Shown in pieces: positions 61,869-64,000 of a DNA stretch of 64,000 nt. Where the stretch lies: contig DBHM01000027.1 of NCBI GenBank assembly GCA_002296185.1, positions 158,867 through 222,866 of the forward strand, written 5' to 3'. The notes beneath the pieces were generated by a model, which worked only from the letters and a program-made list of their open reading frames with translations, did not search any database and was not told the origin of the DNA. The position numbers and the translations under genes were made by a program. Every line of letters begins with the position of its first letter. Within the stretch, counting starts at the first letter, position 1. The DNA comes from Alphaproteobacteria bacterium UBA828. Lineage in GTDB: Bacteria; Pseudomonadota; Alphaproteobacteria; UBA828.

Positions 61869-61945
61869 TTATAAATAGATTTATTTCTAATAGTTGGTTA
61901 GATCAGTGATTAATAAAATCGAACATAATTAGGGGTTTTTTTTAG

Positions 61946-62683
61946 ATGTTTAACTTGAGTGGCAAGGGTTTGCTGGTTACTGGTGCCTCAGGTGGCATCG
62001 GAGCTTCTATAGCTTCTGCATTACATGAATGTGGAGCAAGTGTGGTGCTTTCAGGAACACGAGAGGAGGCTCTATTAAAATTGGCGGAAGAATTAGGTGA
62101 TCAAGCACATCCTATTTCGTGCGATCTATCTGACAAGGGTTCAATAGAATCTCTTGTGGAAAGGTCTGATCTAGTATTGGATGGAATTGATGGCCTAATT
62201 CATTGTGCTGGTGTGACCTCTGACAATCTTGCTATGCGTATGAAAGATGATGAATGGGAAAATGTAATTGATATTAACCTAAAATCTGCATTTAGGCTTA
62301 CTAGGGCTAGCCTTCGTGGAATGATGAAGAAGCGCTGGGGGAGAATAATATTTATAACTTCAGTAGTTGGAGCAATAGGAAATCCAGGGCAGGCTAACTA
62401 TGCAGCTTCTAAGGCCGGATTAACAGGCATGGCTAAGGCTATGGCTGGAGAAGTGGCTTCTAGGGGGATAACAGTCAATTGTGTGGCTCCGGGGTTTATA
62501 GATACGCCAATGACTCAGGCACTATCTGATAAGCAAAGAGAGAATATGGGGCATCTAATTCCTATTGGCCGATTCGGCACCTCAGGGGATATTGCGGCTG
62601 GTTGTGTCTATCTAGCAAGTGAAGAAGCTGGATATATTACCGGACAGACAATTCATATTAATGGCGGAATGGCTATGGTTTGA
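61946..62683 (+). CDS. fabG: 3-oxoacyl-ACP reductase
   Basis: TGASGGIG, GNPGQANYAASK, APGFI.T.MT, INGGMAM. Confidence 0.96.
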   Translation: MFNLSGKGLLVTGASGGIGASIASALHECGASVVLSGTREEALLKLAEELGDQAHPISCDLSDKGSIESLVERSDLVLDGIDGLIHCAGVTSDNLAMRMKDDEWENVIDINLKSAFRLTRASLRGMMKKRWGRIIFITSVVGAIGNPGQANYAASKAGLTGMAKAMAGEVASRGITVNCVAPGFIDTPMTQALSDKQRENMGHLIPIGRFGTSGDIAAGCVYLASEEAGYITGQTIHINGGMAMV

Positions 62684-62718
62684 TGGTATTATAGCATGGT
62701 GTATTATTTTCATGTCAT

Positions 62719-62762
62719 ATGTATATGGTCAAATACAATAATGTATATGGCCAAATACAATA
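62719..62762 (+). repeat. 22-bp tandem duplication upstream of acpP
   Basis: ATGTATATGGTCAAATACAATA followed by ATGTATATGGCCAAATACAATA (one mismatch). Confidence 0.9.
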
Positions 62763-62907
62763 AATTATGTTAACAACCGCCCGCTTGTGCTCTAAGAATA
62801 AAGTTACAATTTGATCTAAAGTGTTAACAGGCTAGTTTTGGGTTATTAAAATCAGCTAAAAAAGCTGGTTCATCCAAACAACAAACAAATGTCCGAGGGA
62901 ATTTACT

Positions 62908-63144
62908 ATGAGTGATGATACAGCAGCCCGCGTAAGAAAGATTGTTTCCGAGCATCTTGGTGTTGATGAGGAAAAAGTTATAGAGGGCGCTAGCTTTATT
63001 GACGATCTTGGTGCTGATAGTCTCGACACAGTCGAACTAGTAATGGCCTTTGAAGAGGAATTTGGCTGTGAAATTCCTGATGATGCCGCAGAAAAGATCC
63101 TAACTGTAAAAGACGCTATTAATTTTATAGAGCAGATCTCCTAA
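62908..63144 (+). CDS. acpP: Acyl carrier protein
   Basis: [20 protein letters not shown]. Confidence 0.98.
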   Translation: MSDDTAARVRKIVSEHLGVDEEKVIEGASFIDDLGADSLDTVELVMAFEEEFGCEIPDDAAEKILTVKDAINFIEQIS

Positions 63145-63232
63145 ATATAAAATTTAAGGTTACATCATATCGTTCTGTTGATGTTAAGCCTGGGGATGCT
63201 CCAAAAACTTTTTACCTCAGAGGACCTAAGTT

Positions 63233-64000
63233 TTGAGAAGGGTAGTAGTAACTGGTTTGGGTGCTGTGACGCCACTTGCAAACGGCGTTAATGAAAGCTG
63301 GTCAAGACTAGTTAACGGAGATTCTGGGGTTGCAAGTATTACTTCCTTTGATGTTTCGGATCTACCCGCCAAGATTGCTGCCCAGGTTCCAAGAGGTGAG
63401 GGGCCAGGTTTGTTTAATCCTGAGGACTATATGTCAGCAAAAGATGTCAGAAAAATGGATGATTTTATCATCTATGCTATGGGCGCTGCATTTGGGGCAA
63501 TAAAGGACTCTGGTTGGGACCCGCAAGATGATGAACAGAAGAATCGTACTGGTGTTATGATTGGCTCTGGTATTGGAGGCCTTAGAGCTATTGAGCAGGG
63601 CGCGATTTTAGTGGATGAAAAGGGCCCGCGTCGCCTGAGTCCATTCTTTATTCCTTCAAGCCTTATTAATCTTGCCTCAGGGCATGTTTCCATCGCCCAT
63701 GGATTTAGGGGTCCTAACCATGCTGTAGTTACGGCCTGCTCGACTGGTGCTCATGCGATTGGTGACGCTGCTCGATTAATTATGTTTGATGATGCGGATG
63801 TAATGGTTGCTGGTGGAGCAGAGGCTGGCGTGTGTCGACTAGGAGTTACAGGGTTTTCTGCTGCTAGAGCTCTAAGTACATCATACAATGATACCCCTGA
63901 AAAGGCATCAAGACCCTGGGATAAGGATAGGGATGGATTTGTCATGGGAGATGGATCTGGAGTTGTGGTGTTGGAGGAGTTAGAGCATGCAAAAAAACGT
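63233..64000 (+). CDS. fabF: Beta-ketoacyl-ACP synthase II, 5' part (runs off the window; absent from the ORF track)
   Basis: TTG start at 63233, MRRVVVTGLGAVTPL, GSGIGG, SPFFIP, TACSTGAHAIGDA, RPWDKDRDGFVMG. Confidence 0.95.
   Translation, partial: MRRVVVTGLGAVTPLANGVNESWSRLVNGDSGVASITSFDVSDLPAKIAAQVPRGEGPGLFNPEDYMSAKDVRKMDDFIIYAMGAAFGAIKDSGWDPQDDEQKNRTGVMIGSGIGGLRAIEQGAILVDEKGPRRLSPFFIPSSLINLASGHVSIAHGFRGPNHAVVTACSTGAHAIGDAARLIMFDDADVMVAGGAEAGVCRLGVTGFSAARALSTSYNDTPEKASRPWDKDRDGFVMGDGSGVVVLEELEHAKKR

Overview
AT-rich (visually under 40% GC) chromosomal window of an alphaproteobacterium. Gene order and sequences suggest a Rhodospirillales-like, possibly streamlined marine lineage (inference). 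Most of it is core genome: lgt/hldD, proC, PetP-PetR-EnvZ-like regulators, ilvE, Moco genes, uvrC, fhs, folB, uvrB, msrP, lsrB-trxB, tRNA-Gln, ppx-rlmE-guaB-guaA, gcrA, bamB-der, radA-mlaEF-alr-dnaB, rpsF-rpsR-rplI and fabD-fabG-acpP-fabF. A mosaic accessory region runs from the guaA 3' end to gcrA (about 32.25-45.3 kb). It holds a high-GC hydA plus an atypical IlvD-family gene, a deleted DsrE-like remnant, low-GC genes for an FeS-less (6-4) photolyase and a three-repeat orphan protein, and a putative acetylpolyamine module. No integrase, transposase or CRISPR array is visible. The strongest signals are non-coding. (1) A DnaA-box triplet with DARS-like geometry, flanked by IHF-consensus sites and a Fis/NtrC-type palindrome, upstream of uvrC. 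(2) A roughly 180-nt multi-hairpin sRNA candidate with three anti-Shine-Dalgarno motifs and its own LysR palindrome, downstream of lsrB. (3) Tandem NrdR-like boxes at 31/32-bp spacing upstream of gcrA and of ybjN-proC. All calls come from reading the sequence and recalled family knowledge; no database searches were run.
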